In this document: in pieces, positions 37,008-48,241 of the stretch
Numbering within the stretch: position 1 is the stretch's first letter
How the letters are laid out: every line of letters starts with the position of its first letter
Assembly: GCA_947491545.1 (NCBI GenBank)
Contig: CANLJX010000003.1
Location: 1 to 61,339, forward strand
Origin: Deltaproteobacteria bacterium
Lineage (GTDB): Bacteria; Bdellovibrionota_C; UBA2361; OMII01
Length of the DNA stretch: 61,339 nucleotides
Reading direction: 5' to 3'
The notes under the pieces: generated by a model
Told to the model about the DNA's origin: nothing
The model's database searches: none
Seen by the model: only the letters and a program-made list of their open reading frames with translations
Made by a program: the position numbers and the translations under genes

Positions 37008-39101
37008 ATGCCCGGTGCGGTAGGCGGTCCTAACCGTTTGCAGGGTTTGATGATTTTGTCCGTTTGCAGGGCGCTCGTGAGAGCGTTCCGAGTGCGTTCG
37101 GACTCAGGTGATGGAAGCAGCAGAAAAAAGATGTCTCAGCCCGCAGAGAAAACACAGTCGCCTGAAAGGCATGCGCCCGAGGTAAAGCTCGCAGCGCCCG
37201 CCACTCCCAATCACAGGACTGGTTCGTGGTGGCGCAGAGAGCTGACACTGGTTAACGCCTTGGCGGCGGTGGTGTGCTTTGGCTACGCCTACCTTTTCCT
37301 AAACAGCATCAGCAGCTTCTGGTTTCACAAGGACTGGACCACCGACGATGCCCTGCAGCAGGTCTACCCATTCCATGAAGTGCAGTACCCAGGACTCTTC
37401 GCCGGGGACATCGTCACCGAGGTGATGAAGGGGTACCTTGCGCCGCTGCACTACTGGATCTGCTACGGCGTTACGATGCTGACGGGTGACCCGATCATGA
37501 TGTCCCACTGGGTTATGCTCATGCAGGTCGTCCTTACGGTAGGATTCCTCTTCGTAGCGATCCGCTCGGCAGCAGGAACGGCGCCGGCGCTGATCGGTAT
37601 CGCGTGGCTGCTGCACGATCGCAACCTGATGCAGCGGCTCACAGCCGGCCTGCCGCGTGGCTGGTCTGCGGTGGTCATTTCGGCGTTTCTTTGCTTCGTC
37701 CTGCGGGGGAACCACCGCGCTGTGTTAGCGACCATTTTGGCAGGATGCCTTCTCAATCCGCCCGCAACTCTCGGAGTGGCTTTTGCCTACGGTATTCTGC
37801 TCATTTGGCGCTCTGTTGTTGGGGAACATGATTCTCGGCGGGCCTGGCGCAGAAGGCTTCTGACGTACGTTCTCCTCTCGCCGCTTTTCGCTCTTGTGAC
37901 GCTTGCGGTAGTGCAGCGGCCCGCGACTATTGGCCAAATGGTTTCTTTCGAAGAAGCGTCCCAGATGCCCGAGTTCTCCCGTCCGCGTGGACGATTCCCG
38001 TTCGTGCCGCTTAACCCAGCGGGTGAAGAGGTCAGGATCGTCGGGCTCGAGGCGTTTGTTAACCGCTTCTACAATCCAGGCCGCGAAGTTCGCGCATACA
38101 TTCCGCACATGGTGCTTGGTTCGCTCGCGCTCTTGGCGCTGATTGGCGCAGCTCGGCGCAGAGTCGTCGTGCCGGCAGAGATCATGGCGTACGGTGCCGG
38201 AGCCCTGATAGTTTACTTCCTCTCGCGCATCCTCGCCTTTCGCCTCTACGTTCCCAACCGCCATCTGCAGATTCCGATGGCTATCTTCTTTATCGCCGCT
38301 TTCTGCATAGCGGGCTGGAAGACCTTCCATCGCGGCGACCAGAACGCAGCAGAGACTGACCGCTCTCTGCGCGATACTCGCCTCCGGTTTAGCTGGGGCA
38401 GTGCGCTCGCGCTCGCAGCACTGGGTTGCCTCGTCGCTGTTGGCTCGGGCTGGGGGCTGCGCGGCGCTGCCAATTTCAATTACTCGGCTGATAAGAAGGG
38501 CGGGGTGTTTGCGTGGATTAAGCAGAACACGCCGCTCACCGCTGTTATTGCGGGTCATCCCACCCAGCTAGATCCTGTGTTCCTCTTCGGAGCGCGGCGG
38601 GGCTACATAACCACTGAGACGGGCCACCCGTTCTACAAGCGCTTCAATGAAGAGGTGCAGCGCCGGAATGAGATCTCGCTCCGTGCCCACTGGGCCGCAT
38701 CGCTTGAGGATCTCGTCACGATCCTGGAGCCAGAGGGTATTACGCACTTCCTTTTCAGGCGCAGCGACTTCACCCCTGAGGGCTTACAGCAAGCAACCTT
38801 CTTCCCTCCGCTGACAGGCACGGTCAAGCAGCTCACCTCCAAGCCGGCGGGCAGCTACGCCTACGACAAGCTGCCCAAGCAGCCAGACCCCGCACAGCAC
38901 CCGTACGTTGTGTTCATCGACTCGCAGTCGCTTCTGATCGACGTTCAGGCGCTCAAGGCCGACATGCAGTCGAAGGGTTGGACGCCGCCCCAAGCGCAAG
39001 GGGTACGGGCGCTTCGCCAGCTCAATATCTCTCCTGACCGGCTTGACGGCGCAGCAGTGGCGAAGGCGCCATCGCGTTTATCTCAGAAGACATCAGGGTA
39101 G
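37008..39101 (+). CDS. Large polytopic membrane protein with a C-terminal soluble domain (GT-C-like architecture, family not recognised), 697 aa
   Basis: About 10 or more TM helices between residues ~80 and 480, then a ~200-aa hydrophilic domain. The start is uncertain (an internal ATG gives MSQPAEK...). The stop lies 9 nt before the next gene. Confidence 0.65.
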   Translation: MPGAVGGPNRLQGLMILSVCRALVRAFRVRSDSGDGSSRKKMSQPAEKTQSPERHAPEVKLAAPATPNHRTGSWWRRELTLVNALAAVVCFGYAYLFLNSISSFWFHKDWTTDDALQQVYPFHEVQYPGLFAGDIVTEVMKGYLAPLHYWICYGVTMLTGDPIMMSHWVMLMQVVLTVGFLFVAIRSAAGTAPALIGIAWLLHDRNLMQRLTAGLPRGWSAVVISAFLCFVLRGNHRAVLATILAGCLLNPPATLGVAFAYGILLIWRSVVGEHDSRRAWRRRLLTYVLLSPLFALVTLAVVQRPATIGQMVSFEEASQMPEFSRPRGRFPFVPLNPAGEEVRIVGLEAFVNRFYNPGREVRAYIPHMVLGSLALLALIGAARRRVVVPAEIMAYGAGALIVYFLSRILAFRLYVPNRHLQIPMAIFFIAAFCIAGWKTFHRGDQNAAETDRSLRDTRLRFSWGSALALAALGCLVAVGSGWGLRGAANFNYSADKKGGVFAWIKQNTPLTAVIAGHPTQLDPVFLFGARRGYITTETGHPFYKRFNEEVQRRNEISLRAHWAASLEDLVTILEPEGITHFLFRRSDFTPEGLQQATFFPPLTGTVKQLTSKPAGSYAYDKLPKQPDPAQHPYVVFIDSQSLLIDVQALKADMQSKGWTPPQAQGVRALRQLNISPDRLDGAAVAKAPSRLSQKTSG

Positions 39102-39110
39102 GATTTTCGC

Positions 39111-41426
39111 ATGCTAACTCGCTCAACACTCGCCCGGTTGCTCGTTGTGTCAGTTGCAGCCTTCGTGGTTGCCCTGATTGCTGCCACCAAGCTCAACCGC
39201 TCAGAGTGGAGTGGCCGCCAGTTCGCGCAGATGTCAGACGGCGGGATGTACGGTGATGGTTGGCTTCGAGACGAAGCGGCTGTTTCAGTCAGCGGGTTCT
39301 CTACGATTGCAAACGTGGTCGAGCTCTCGATGAGCCCGGTTCGGTTGGCGGCTGATGGTCCCCCGCGCGTAGCGGTCTCTATCTGCGGCGGACGGCCCAC
39401 CGAGCTTGAGGTGCGCAGCATCTCGCCACATCCGTTTGCCATTCCGTCCGGCTGCTCGCCGCTGCAGCTCGATATTAAGGCTCTCAACTCCTTCGTATTG
39501 CACGAGCAGGGCGGTGACCGCACCGTTTCGGCGCAGGTCAACGGGCTAAAGATAACGTCATCTTTGGGATTCCCGCTCTTCTCTTTTGAGATCGTGGTCG
39601 AGTCGCTCGTCGCGATGCTGCTGCTGGCTCTTTGCGCGTATTGGGCGCCGGGGAACGCCAGCTCTCTGCGCCTCCCTGCGTCGCTAGCAGCGCTTGGGCT
39701 GACAGCCGCGATTCTGATCCTCGGCACAGTTGACGCTGACAAGTACCTTCCGCTCTACCTCTTCGTTACTGCGGTGCTGGCGGGCATGGCGCTCTTCGGG
39801 GCGTGCAAGCCGGAGCCGGAGAAAGAGGAGCGGCAAGCGCCGCGAGCTCTTATTTTCGGAATCGTGGCGCTCGGCGCACTCCTGCGCTTCTACGGGATCG
39901 ATTTCGGGCTTCCAGCACACTTTCATCCAGACGAAGTTCCGAAGGTGAACGCCATCATGCGCATGGTTGAGCAGAACACATGGAACCCTCAGTACTTCCT
40001 TCATCCATCACTGCTCCTCTACTCCACGTACGGGATGAACTCGCTCCTGCACCTGCTTGGGTTCGAGGGCACATTCCGCGACACCGCCTACCTCGCAGGC
40101 AGGCTAGTGAGCGCCACAGCGGGCACCATCTCCATAGCGCTGACGTACGCGATAGGCCGGAGACTTCTCTCGCGCAACGCGGGGTTGCTTGCAGCCGCGT
40201 TTCTCGCTGTTTTCCCGCTGCACGTCACCTGCAGCCGTTACCTTAAAGAAGATGCGCTGCTCACCTTTGTTGTGCTGAGCTGTGTGCTTGCCACAGTCGT
40301 AGCCGTGCAGTCTGGCAGGCGCTGGATGCTGCTTATTGCGGGTCTCCTGGCGGGAGCCACGGCCGGAACGAAGTACTCAGGGATCCTGCTCGCCATCGTC
40401 CCGGCATCCGCTCCGTGGTTTGCGTCCCGAAGCTGGAAGCCGGACCTGCGCTGGCTTCCATGGTCGCTAGCGGCCGTGTGTATTGCCCCGCTGGGCTTCT
40501 TGGCGACAACTCCGTACGCGCTCATAGACAGCCCTAAGTTCCTCAAGGACTTCGCCGCAGAATCGCGTCACATGCAGACAGGGCACACGAACACGATCGA
40601 CCCGTGGTCGCAGCTCTGGATGTACCACTTCTACCGCAGCATCCTTCCAGGCATGACCCCGGTCTTGGCGATCGCCTCTGCGATGGGGCTCGGCTTCTTG
40701 GTGCGGCGAGCGAAGATTGAGGGTCTCTTCATTGTGTCTGTTGCGTTGCTCTTCTACCTGCCGGCCGAATTCGTTAAGGCGAAACCTGCGCCGCAGCCAG
40801 AGCGCTACATCGTGCCGTGCTTGCCGTTCTTGGCGTTGGCGCTAGCCGCTTTCGCGGGAGCGATCGGGCGCTCGCTGCGAATTCGTCATGGGGCTCTGCT
40901 GTGCTCGCTCGCCCTCCTCGCGGCACCATTTTCAAGAACCATCTCGCTGGCGGCAGATCTCAAGGATGATACGCGCGACCAGATGGCGGTATGGATGCGG
41001 CAGCACATTCCCGCAGGCGCAACGGTGCTGATGGACTGGAAGCCGTACTGCCCACAGCTTGAAGGGGCACCCTTCAAAGTAGAGCACATCGAGCGCGCGC
41101 GTATTATTCCGGAGCTCGATCCGCTAGTGTTGCGCAACTCGGGCGCAGACTACCTGGTGCTCTCAAGCCTGTTCTACGCTCGCTACTTCAACCAGCCGGA
41201 ATCGAATCCAACCCTGCGGCAGCGTATTCGCGATGTGTTCCAGATGGTGCCGATAGTGGCGCAGTACCGTGCGACTTCGGGCGTGTACGGCTTTCACAAC
41301 CCAGTCTTGACCCTTTTTAGCTTGCGCAAGGACGACTTCGCCAAGCTCGACCTTGAGCGGACCCAGAAGCTAAAGGGCCAGATCTCAGAGACCTCAAACG
41401 AGGTCCGCGCGCGAGTGCGCTGGTAG
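39111..41426 (+). CDS. GT-C glycosyltransferase, family 39/83-like (PMT/ArnT type), with a ~230-aa N-terminal extension
   Basis: ALLRFYGIDFGLPAHFHPDE(VPKV) first-loop acidic motif; AGRLVSATAGTISIALTYAIGRRL, FLAVFPLHVTCSRYLKEDALLTF and AGATAGTKYSG match PMT_2/ArnT-like cores. An extra N-terminal TM plus a ~140-aa domain precedes the core. Confidence 0.8.
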   Translation: MLTRSTLARLLVVSVAAFVVALIAATKLNRSEWSGRQFAQMSDGGMYGDGWLRDEAAVSVSGFSTIANVVELSMSPVRLAADGPPRVAVSICGGRPTELEVRSISPHPFAIPSGCSPLQLDIKALNSFVLHEQGGDRTVSAQVNGLKITSSLGFPLFSFEIVVESLVAMLLLALCAYWAPGNASSLRLPASLAALGLTAAILILGTVDADKYLPLYLFVTAVLAGMALFGACKPEPEKEERQAPRALIFGIVALGALLRFYGIDFGLPAHFHPDEVPKVNAIMRMVEQNTWNPQYFLHPSLLLYSTYGMNSLLHLLGFEGTFRDTAYLAGRLVSATAGTISIALTYAIGRRLLSRNAGLLAAAFLAVFPLHVTCSRYLKEDALLTFVVLSCVLATVVAVQSGRRWMLLIAGLLAGATAGTKYSGILLAIVPASAPWFASRSWKPDLRWLPWSLAAVCIAPLGFLATTPYALIDSPKFLKDFAAESRHMQTGHTNTIDPWSQLWMYHFYRSILPGMTPVLAIASAMGLGFLVRRAKIEGLFIVSVALLFYLPAEFVKAKPAPQPERYIVPCLPFLALALAAFAGAIGRSLRIRHGALLCSLALLAAPFSRTISLAADLKDDTRDQMAVWMRQHIPAGATVLMDWKPYCPQLEGAPFKVEHIERARIIPELDPLVLRNSGADYLVLSSLFYARYFNQPESNPTLRQRIRDVFQMVPIVAQYRATSGVYGFHNPVLTLFSLRKDDFAKLDLERTQKLKGQISETSNEVRARVRW

Positions 41427-41429
41427 CTG

Positions 41430-42617
41430 CTAGTTGTAGCTGACGTTGATGTCCACGTACCCGTGCGTAAGGTCACACCCCCACGCCACGGCCTCGCCGC
41501 GACCCAAGTTGAGCTGAAGCCTGACAGGAACCTCACGCACCGACATGAGCTTTCTAATCCGCTTCCGGTCATGCGGGACAACTTCGCCGCGGCGCATCAC
41601 AGCAGCACCCGCAAAGGTTAGGTCAACCCGGCGCGGATCAACCTTTACGGCCGGATCCTTTCCGGCGGCAGCGAGCACGCGGCCCCAGTTTGGGTCTGCG
41701 CCATGGATCGCTGTCTTCACGAGCGGCGAATTAATTACGTTCTTCGCGATCACTCGCGCCTCGCGCTCGGTGCGAGCCCCGACGACCTGAACCTCAATGA
41801 GCTTTGTGGCACCCTCGCCATCTGCCGCAATCATCTTGGCCAGGTGCTGGCACGCCTTCCTGAGCAGAGCGAGGAAATCCCGCTTCTCCTTAGCCCCCGT
41901 GACCTTCTTTCCCTTGGTGCCGGTGGAGAACGCCATAACCATGTCGTTGGTCGAAGTGTCAGTGTCTACCGAGGTCATGTTGAAGGAGTCATTCACTGCC
42001 CGACGCAGCATGGTGCGCAGCGCGGCGCTGTCGACCTTGGCGTCGGTCACGAGGAAGCCGAGCATCGTGGCCATGTTCGGCGCTATCATCCCCGAGCCCT
42101 TTGCGAAACCTGCAACTGTCACGCGCTGTCCGCCTACGGTTCCACTCACAAAAACCTCTTTCTGGGTAAGATCGGTCGTCATGATCGCCCGCGCCGCGTT
42201 CTTTCCGTCGCGCTTGAGCGGATTCTTGAGAAGCTTGTTGAGGCCTGCTTTGACGGCCTCCATCGGCATGAGCTTCCCGATAATTCCTGTGGACGAAACC
42301 GCCACCTGGTGCGGCTTGATTCCGAGCAGCTTCGCCGCAACCTTTGCAGTTTCTCGCGCGTCACGGAGGCCAATCTTGCCCGTCGCCGCGTTGGCATTTC
42401 CGGAGTTAACAATCAGGGCTTTCACCGTTCCGCGTCGGAGGGCTTCCTGCGTCACGATCAGCGGCGGAGCGATGAAGGCGCTCTTGGTGAAAACGCCCGC
42501 GCTGCCGTAACAGTCCGGGATGAACAGGTATGCTAGGTCTTTCTTTCCGTTCGCCTTGATTCCGGCTGAGATGCCGCCAGCGAAAACGCCTTTGAGGTTA
42601 GTGATGTTTCTCTTCAT
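41430..42617 (-). CDS. argJ: Bifunctional glutamate N-acetyltransferase / amino-acid acetyltransferase
   Basis: GGISAGIKANGKKDLA and the autoprocessing site region PNMATMLGFLVTDA are present, along with the C-terminal DLTHGYVDINVSYN. I prefer the ATG at 42617 (395 aa) to the track start at 42788. Confidence 0.93.
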   Translation of the reverse strand: MKRNITNLKGVFAGGISAGIKANGKKDLAYLFIPDCYGSAGVFTKSAFIAPPLIVTQEALRRGTVKALIVNSGNANAATGKIGLRDARETAKVAAKLLGIKPHQVAVSSTGIIGKLMPMEAVKAGLNKLLKNPLKRDGKNAARAIMTTDLTQKEVFVSGTVGGQRVTVAGFAKGSGMIAPNMATMLGFLVTDAKVDSAALRTMLRRAVNDSFNMTSVDTDTSTNDMVMAFSTGTKGKKVTGAKEKRDFLALLRKACQHLAKMIAADGEGATKLIEVQVVGARTEREARVIAKNVINSPLVKTAIHGADPNWGRVLAAAGKDPAVKVDPRRVDLTFAGAAVMRRGEVVPHDRKRIRKLMSVREVPVRLQLNLGRGEAVAWGCDLTHGYVDINVSYN

Positions 42618-43207
42618 GGCGCTCCGAGTAGCACATCGAGGCGAGTTCTGGTAGCGGTGTTCGACACCCAAAGACCCAGCACTCTCCGCTGGTCGATCTG
42701 ACTCTGTTCCGGAAATCAGGGGGCCGCATCTGTCGATCAGATTTCTGTTACCTTCAGGCTGCGAATAAGAGCTGGAAGCAAGCCCCACGACCGAAGTTCT
42801 CAGAGGTTGGTGATCGCACTTGATAGGCTTATGTGCGAAAGCCTTTTCCTCCCCTCGGAGAGCTTCGATGGTCGGGCTGTCGCTATAGCGCTTCGTCCCG
42901 TCTCTGTTCGAAGCCGCTCCCCTATGCGTGGCTGCTCTGTTGGCCAGAAACTGTGAGTAATATCCCCCCTTTGTGCCACCCCTAGCGCACCTTCCAACCC
43001 TTTGATCTCTCTAGGCGCTTCGGCTATAACGTATCGAAACGTGGTGTCCCGCAGATAGTGCTCAAACAGCCGTCAGTCGCGGGGGACCAGATTTGGGTTA
43101 AGCCCGCCTGACGCGCCGCGATACCGCGTCGAGTTGCCTAGGTTACGGAAGTGCTAATCGGCTGGTGAAGGCTGATTAGGCGCACCGAAGAAGACGGAGA
43201 AAGTCAG

Positions 43208-44533
43208 ATGAACATCGCAGTTGTCGGTACGGGATACGTTGGTCTAGTCGCAGGGGCTTGTTTCGCTGAGACCGGTAATGAAGTTATTTGCGTCGACAAC
43301 AATTCCAAAAAAGTGGACTCCCTTCGCGCCGGAGACATCCCAATCTTCGAGCCCGGCCTCGAGGATTTAGTCAGGAGCAACACCAAAGCTGGACGCCTTT
43401 CGTTCACTACCTCTCTTAAAGATGCGGTGCACGCGTCGGATATCATCTTCATCGCGGTCGGCACGCCGCAGGACGAGGACGGTTCTGCTGACTTGACGCA
43501 CGTGCTCGCAGTTGCCAGGGGTATTGGCGAGAGCATGAACGGCCCGAAAGTCGTTGTAGACAAATCGACGGTCCCGGTCGGAACAGCTGACCTTGTTCGC
43601 GCCGAAATTGAGAAGGTCTCAAAGTTTCCGGTCGAGGTGGTCAGCAACCCCGAGTTCTTGAAAGAGGGTGCCGCAATCGATGACTTCCTCCGGCCAGACC
43701 GGGTCGTCGTTGGAGTAGCCTCCGAAAACGCGGCGAAAGTAATGCGAGAGCTGTACCGGCCGTTTGTCCGGACGAACAACCCGATTCTCGTGATGGATGT
43801 GCGCTCAGCTGAGATGACGAAGTATGCGGCGAACACCATGCTCGCGTTGCGTGTCTCTTTCATGAACGAAATAGCGAATCTGTGTGAGGAAGCCGGTGCG
43901 GACATCAACAAAGTGCGGGTTGGCATCGGAACGGACTCCCGCATAGGCATGAGCTTCATCTTCCCCGGCATCGGGTACGGAGGCTCCTGCTTCCCGAAGG
44001 ACGTTCAGGCCCTCATTCGCACTGGCAAGGTGCACGGCGTTGACCTGCGCATCGCCCGTGCAGTCGAGGATGTGAACAAGGCTCAGAAGATGCTTATGGT
44101 GCGCAAGGTTGTTGAGCACTACGGCAGTGAGAAGCTGGACGGCAAGACCTTCGCTGTGTGGGGGCTCGCCTTCAAGCCTAAGACAGACGATGTGCGGGAG
44201 GCGCCGGCCCTCACCATTTGTGCCGAGCTCATTCAGCGTGGCGCTAAGGTGCGCGCCTTCGATCCGGAAGCTACCGCTACCTTCAGCGAGCAGTTCGGCG
44301 AGCACAAGAGCATCCAGTACGTCAGTTCAAACTACGACGCGCTTAAGGGCTCTGATGCCCTGATCGTTTGCACGGAGTGGAATGCCTTTCGCCAGCCGAA
44401 CTTCAGCAAGATCAAGCAGGAGCTCTCTGAGCCGGTCATTTTTGATGGTCGAAACATTTACGACATTGACGACATGCGCTCGTATGGGTTCCTGTACTAC
44501 AGCGTTGGCCGCCCGAGCGTGAATCAGGGCTAA
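43208..44533 (+). CDS. ugd: UDP-glucose 6-dehydrogenase
   Basis: [21 protein letters not shown] Rossmann motif; catalytic [11 protein letters not shown]; [17 protein letters not shown] ggaga Shine-Dalgarno is present. Confidence 0.93.
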   Translation: MNIAVVGTGYVGLVAGACFAETGNEVICVDNNSKKVDSLRAGDIPIFEPGLEDLVRSNTKAGRLSFTTSLKDAVHASDIIFIAVGTPQDEDGSADLTHVLAVARGIGESMNGPKVVVDKSTVPVGTADLVRAEIEKVSKFPVEVVSNPEFLKEGAAIDDFLRPDRVVVGVASENAAKVMRELYRPFVRTNNPILVMDVRSAEMTKYAANTMLALRVSFMNEIANLCEEAGADINKVRVGIGTDSRIGMSFIFPGIGYGGSCFPKDVQALIRTGKVHGVDLRIARAVEDVNKAQKMLMVRKVVEHYGSEKLDGKTFAVWGLAFKPKTDDVREAPALTICAELIQRGAKVRAFDPEATATFSEQFGEHKSIQYVSSNYDALKGSDALIVCTEWNAFRQPNFSKIKQELSEPVIFDGRNIYDIDDMRSYGFLYYSVGRPSVNQG

Positions 44534-44565
44534 GGCAGAAACTTTCGAGGGAGTGGGGGAGGATT

Positions 44566-45516
44566 ATGGCACGAATCGTTGTAACTGGAGGCGCAGGCTT
44601 CATCGGTTCCCACCTCACGGACGTGCTGCTCTCGCAGGGACATGAAGTGACGGTAGTCGACAACCTCTTTACGGGGGCGAAGCGCAACATCCTGCACAAC
44701 CGCGAGAACCCTCATTTCGAGTTCATTCGGCACGACGTAACCGAGCCACTGATGATCGAGTGCGACCAGGTCTACCACCTTGCTTGCCCTGCCTCTCCGG
44801 TGCACTACCAGTACAATCCGATTAAGACGATCAAGACTAATGTCACCGGCACGATTAACATGCTTGGGGTCGCCAAGCGCACCCATGCTAGGTTCTTGCT
44901 TGCGTCAACATCCGAGGTGTACGGCGATCCGCTACAGCATCCGCAGGTAGAGAGCTACTGGGGAAACGTGAATCCGATCGGTCCGCGTAGCTGCTACGAC
45001 GAAGGGAAGCGAGTTGCAGAGACGCTCACGGTGAACTACCACGAGCAGGGTCACGTCGATACTCGCACGGTGCGCATCTTCAATACGTTCGGCCCACGCA
45101 TGCTCTTTAACGACGGGCGGGTTGTGTCGAACTTTATTGTTCAGGCTCTCAAGGGCGAGGACATTACCGTGTACGGCGATGGAACGCAGACTCGTTCGTT
45201 CTGTTTCGTTGACGACCTCGTGGCAGGTATCATCGCTACGATGTCCAAAGATGGATTCAGGGGGCCGGTGAACCTTGGCAACCCGAATGAAATGACGATC
45301 GCTGACCTGGCGAAGAAAGTCATCGATATGACAGGCTCCAAGTCCAAGATCGTCCAGAAGCCGCTACCGAAGGACGACCCCACTCGCCGCCAGCCGGACA
45401 TCTCGCTTGCGAAGCGCGAGTTGGGCTGGGCCCCAAAAGTTGACCTTGAGGCGGGGCTCAAGAGAACAATAGCCGACTTCGACGAGCGGCTGCGCCGCGG
45501 CGAAACGGCCCGATAA
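44566..45516 (+). CDS. uxs: UDP-glucuronate decarboxylase (UDP-xylose synthase)
   Basis: Near-colinear with eukaryotic and bacterial UXS: [84 protein letters not shown]. Confidence 0.92.
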   Translation: MARIVVTGGAGFIGSHLTDVLLSQGHEVTVVDNLFTGAKRNILHNRENPHFEFIRHDVTEPLMIECDQVYHLACPASPVHYQYNPIKTIKTNVTGTINMLGVAKRTHARFLLASTSEVYGDPLQHPQVESYWGNVNPIGPRSCYDEGKRVAETLTVNYHEQGHVDTRTVRIFNTFGPRMLFNDGRVVSNFIVQALKGEDITVYGDGTQTRSFCFVDDLVAGIIATMSKDGFRGPVNLGNPNEMTIADLAKKVIDMTGSKSKIVQKPLPKDDPTRRQPDISLAKRELGWAPKVDLEAGLKRTIADFDERLRRGETAR

Positions 45517-45528
45517 GAGTTTCCAGTT

Positions 45529-47340
45529 GTGATAGATAAGAGCAAGATTCGGAATTTTAGCATCATTGCGCACATCGACCACGGCAAGTCGACATGTGCC
45601 GATCGTATCCTGGAGGCGACTGGGGCGCTGCAAGCGCGCGAGATGCAGGCGCAGTTTCTCGATAAGCTAGACCTTGAGCGTGAGCGCGGCATCACAATTA
45701 AGGCACAAACGGTCCGGCTGTCGTACACGGCCGACAACGGCGAAACCTACCAGCTTAACCTTATCGACACGCCCGGCCACGTGGACTTCAACTACGAAGT
45801 CTCCCGCAGCCTCTCGGCCTGCGAGGGAGCTCTTCTGGTTGTTGATGCCTCTCAAGGCGTAGAGGCACAGACGCTTGCAAACGTTTACCTCGCGATCGAA
45901 AACGATCTTGATATCGTCCCTGTGATTAACAAGATCGATCTCCCTAATGCCGACCCTGCTCGTGTAAAAGAGGAGATCGAGTCCGTGATTGGTCTCGATA
46001 CCTCTGATTCGCTTGAAATTAGCGCCAAGACTGGCATCGGCATTAAGCCGCTGCTGGAGGCGATCGTGAAGCGCGTGCCGCCCCCAACCCGTGGGTCAGT
46101 CGATGCGCCCCTCAGGGCGCTCGTGTACGACTCGTGGTTCGACTCCTATGTCGGAGTCGTTGCCCAGGTTCGTATCATCGACGGGACGCTGCGACCGGGC
46201 GACAAGGTGAAGTTCTTCTCGACTGGCGCAGAGCACGATGTCTACAAGCTCGGCGTATTCACCCCGCACCCGCAAGAGGTCGAGGAGCTGACGAGCGGCC
46301 AGGTGGGATACTTCTCCGCGGCTATCAAGAACCTCCGAGACGTCAGGATCGGTGATACGGTCACCCATGTGCGGAAACCCGCACAGGAGGCCCTGCCAGG
46401 CTTCAAAGAGGTCCGGCCGATGGTTTTCGGCGGGCTCTTTCCAGTAGAGGCAGACGATTTCGTTGCGCTCAAAAGCGCGCTTGAAAAACTTAGCCTCAAC
46501 GACAGCGCCTTCACGTACGAGGCCGAAACTTCAGCGGCACTCGGATTCGGGTTTAGGTGCGGCTACCTCGGGCTTCTGCACATGGAGATTGTGCAGGAAC
46601 GCCTCGAGCGCGAATTTCTCCTTAACCTGATAACGACTGCGCCGTCGGTAGTCTACAGGATGGTGCTCAACGACGGCACCGAGCTGATGGTTGACAATCC
46701 AACCAAGATGCCCGAGGTCGCCCAGATCCTGCGAATCGAGGAGCCAATCGTGAAGGCAACGGTTCACTGCCCGCGCGAGTTTGTCGGAAATGTGCTCAAG
46801 CTGTGCGAAGATCGTCGCGGAGTGCAGGAAAATATCTCGTTCCACGGCATGGAGCGGGCTGTGATCGTGTACCGGCTCCCACTCAACGAGATCGTGCTCG
46901 ACTTCCACGATAGGCTTAAGTCGCTCACTAAGGGCTACGCATCTTTCGACTACGAGCTCGTTGGCTACCAAGAGTCAGACCTCGTTAAGCTCGACATTAA
47001 GCTCAATGGTGAATCGGTCGACGCCCTAAGCATCATCGTGCACCGCGACAAGGCATTCAATCGCGGAAAGGAGCTGACTGAGAAGCTCAAGGACATTATC
47101 GACCGGCAAATGTTTGAGATAGCGATTCAAGCCGCGATTGGGGCTAAGATCATTGCGCGCAGCACGGTGAAGGCGCTGCGCAAGAACGTGACTGCCAAGT
47201 GCTACGGCGGGGACATTAGCCGGAAGCGCAAGCTGCTTGAGAAGCAGAAAGAGGGCAAGAAACGAATGAAGCAGATCGGAAAGGTCTCGATTCCTCAAGA
47301 GGCGTTCCTTGCGGTGTTGAAGCTCGGAGATGACAGCTAG
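45529..47340 (+). CDS. lepA: Elongation factor 4
   Basis: [31 protein letters not shown], and the LepA-specific C-terminal domain (...[22 protein letters not shown]). The start is GTG. Confidence 0.97.
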   Translation: MIDKSKIRNFSIIAHIDHGKSTCADRILEATGALQAREMQAQFLDKLDLERERGITIKAQTVRLSYTADNGETYQLNLIDTPGHVDFNYEVSRSLSACEGALLVVDASQGVEAQTLANVYLAIENDLDIVPVINKIDLPNADPARVKEEIESVIGLDTSDSLEISAKTGIGIKPLLEAIVKRVPPPTRGSVDAPLRALVYDSWFDSYVGVVAQVRIIDGTLRPGDKVKFFSTGAEHDVYKLGVFTPHPQEVEELTSGQVGYFSAAIKNLRDVRIGDTVTHVRKPAQEALPGFKEVRPMVFGGLFPVEADDFVALKSALEKLSLNDSAFTYEAETSAALGFGFRCGYLGLLHMEIVQERLEREFLLNLITTAPSVVYRMVLNDGTELMVDNPTKMPEVAQILRIEEPIVKATVHCPREFVGNVLKLCEDRRGVQENISFHGMERAVIVYRLPLNEIVLDFHDRLKSLTKGYASFDYELVGYQESDLVKLDIKLNGESVDALSIIVHRDKAFNRGKELTEKLKDIIDRQMFEIAIQAAIGAKIIARSTVKALRKNVTAKCYGGDISRKRKLLEKQKEGKKRMKQIGKVSIPQEAFLAVLKLGDDS

Positions 47341-48103
47341 TTCGCACAGCCAACCGCCCGCGCTGCTGCGGGCAATTCCAGAGCGCCCAGCGCGAGTATT
47401 CGCTGTTGGCGATATTCACGGCTGCGCCGACGAGCTCGAGGCGATGCTCAACTTTCTCAAGCAGGAGCAGACTCTCGGTTCAGAGGACCTGCTGGTATTC
47501 CTCGGTGACTATATCGATCGTGGGCCTAAGTCTCGGGAGGTAATAGAACAGGCACTTGCGATCCGGAAGGAGCTGCCGAACACGGTGTTCCTAAAAGGCA
47601 ACCATGAGGACATGCTGCTCGACTATCTCGGCTTTGGTGGGGAGAGCGGGGATGTGTACCTTGAGAACGGTGGCGCGGAGTTTCTGAAGAGCTACGGGCT
47701 GCACCCCTTTGCGACGCGCGCTGATATCTTGGCGGCCCTGCCAACAGAGCACATCGAGTTTTTTAGGAGACTTGAACTGGGGGTCCTGTTAGCGGAGTTC
47801 CTCTTTGTCCATGCCGGTCTCCACCCGGACCGTTCGCTCGACGAACAGTCATCCCACGACCTGATGTGGATACGCGGGCAATTCACGCACGCCACGCACA
47901 CCGTTGGCAAAACTGTGGTATTCGGGCACACCCCGTTTGAGGACGTGATGCTTCATTTGCCTTATAAAATCGGGGTAGATACGGGACTGGTTTTCGGTAA
48001 TCGGCTCTCAGTTGTCGAGCTGGTTCACGGCCAGCTTTTCCAGCTCGATCACGGCGAAAACAAGGTCAAAACCTTTAGCCTCCGAGAGCGCTTAGGCGGT
48101 TGA
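47330..48103 (+). CDS. PPP-family metallophosphoesterase (Ser/Thr protein phosphatase / ApaH-like)
   Basis: Motifs [17 protein letters not shown] and VHAG..., GHTP occur in canonical order. The gene overlaps the lepA 3' end by 11 nt. Confidence 0.85.
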   Translation: MTASSHSQPPALLRAIPERPARVFAVGDIHGCADELEAMLNFLKQEQTLGSEDLLVFLGDYIDRGPKSREVIEQALAIRKELPNTVFLKGNHEDMLLDYLGFGGESGDVYLENGGAEFLKSYGLHPFATRADILAALPTEHIEFFRRLELGVLLAEFLFVHAGLHPDRSLDEQSSHDLMWIRGQFTHATHTVGKTVVFGHTPFEDVMLHLPYKIGVDTGLVFGNRLSVVELVHGQLFQLDHGENKVKTFSLRERLGG

Positions 48104-48241
48104 TCTGAAGGGCTTTGCGTCCTATTGTCAGCGAGTTGCTTTCCTCGGCTTACGGGAGATTTGTGCCCTAAACAGCCGCAAAAAGGGTGGGAGCCGCCGA
48201 GAGGCAGGCTGCGTACATGCACCCGGAACTGAAGGAGTGTT

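Noticed and set aside
37725-38558. 277-aa minus-strand ORF, and the similar long antisense ORFs 39083..39742, 41703..42536, 41797..42510, 43204..43971, 45141..45737, 48245..48808, 51256..51984, 57965..58492 and 60700..61191
   Set aside because: Each lies antisense to, or out of frame with, a gene carrying strong family motifs. Their compositions are Arg/Ser/Thr-rich and I recognise no motifs in them.
42618-43207. RNase P, SRP or 6S RNA in the long argJ-ugd spacer (gaggaaaagg on the minus strand; ggaagcaagcc on the plus strand)
   Set aside because: These are only partial resemblances to GAGGAAAGUCC and GGAAGCAGCC. The other conserved regions and helices are missing.
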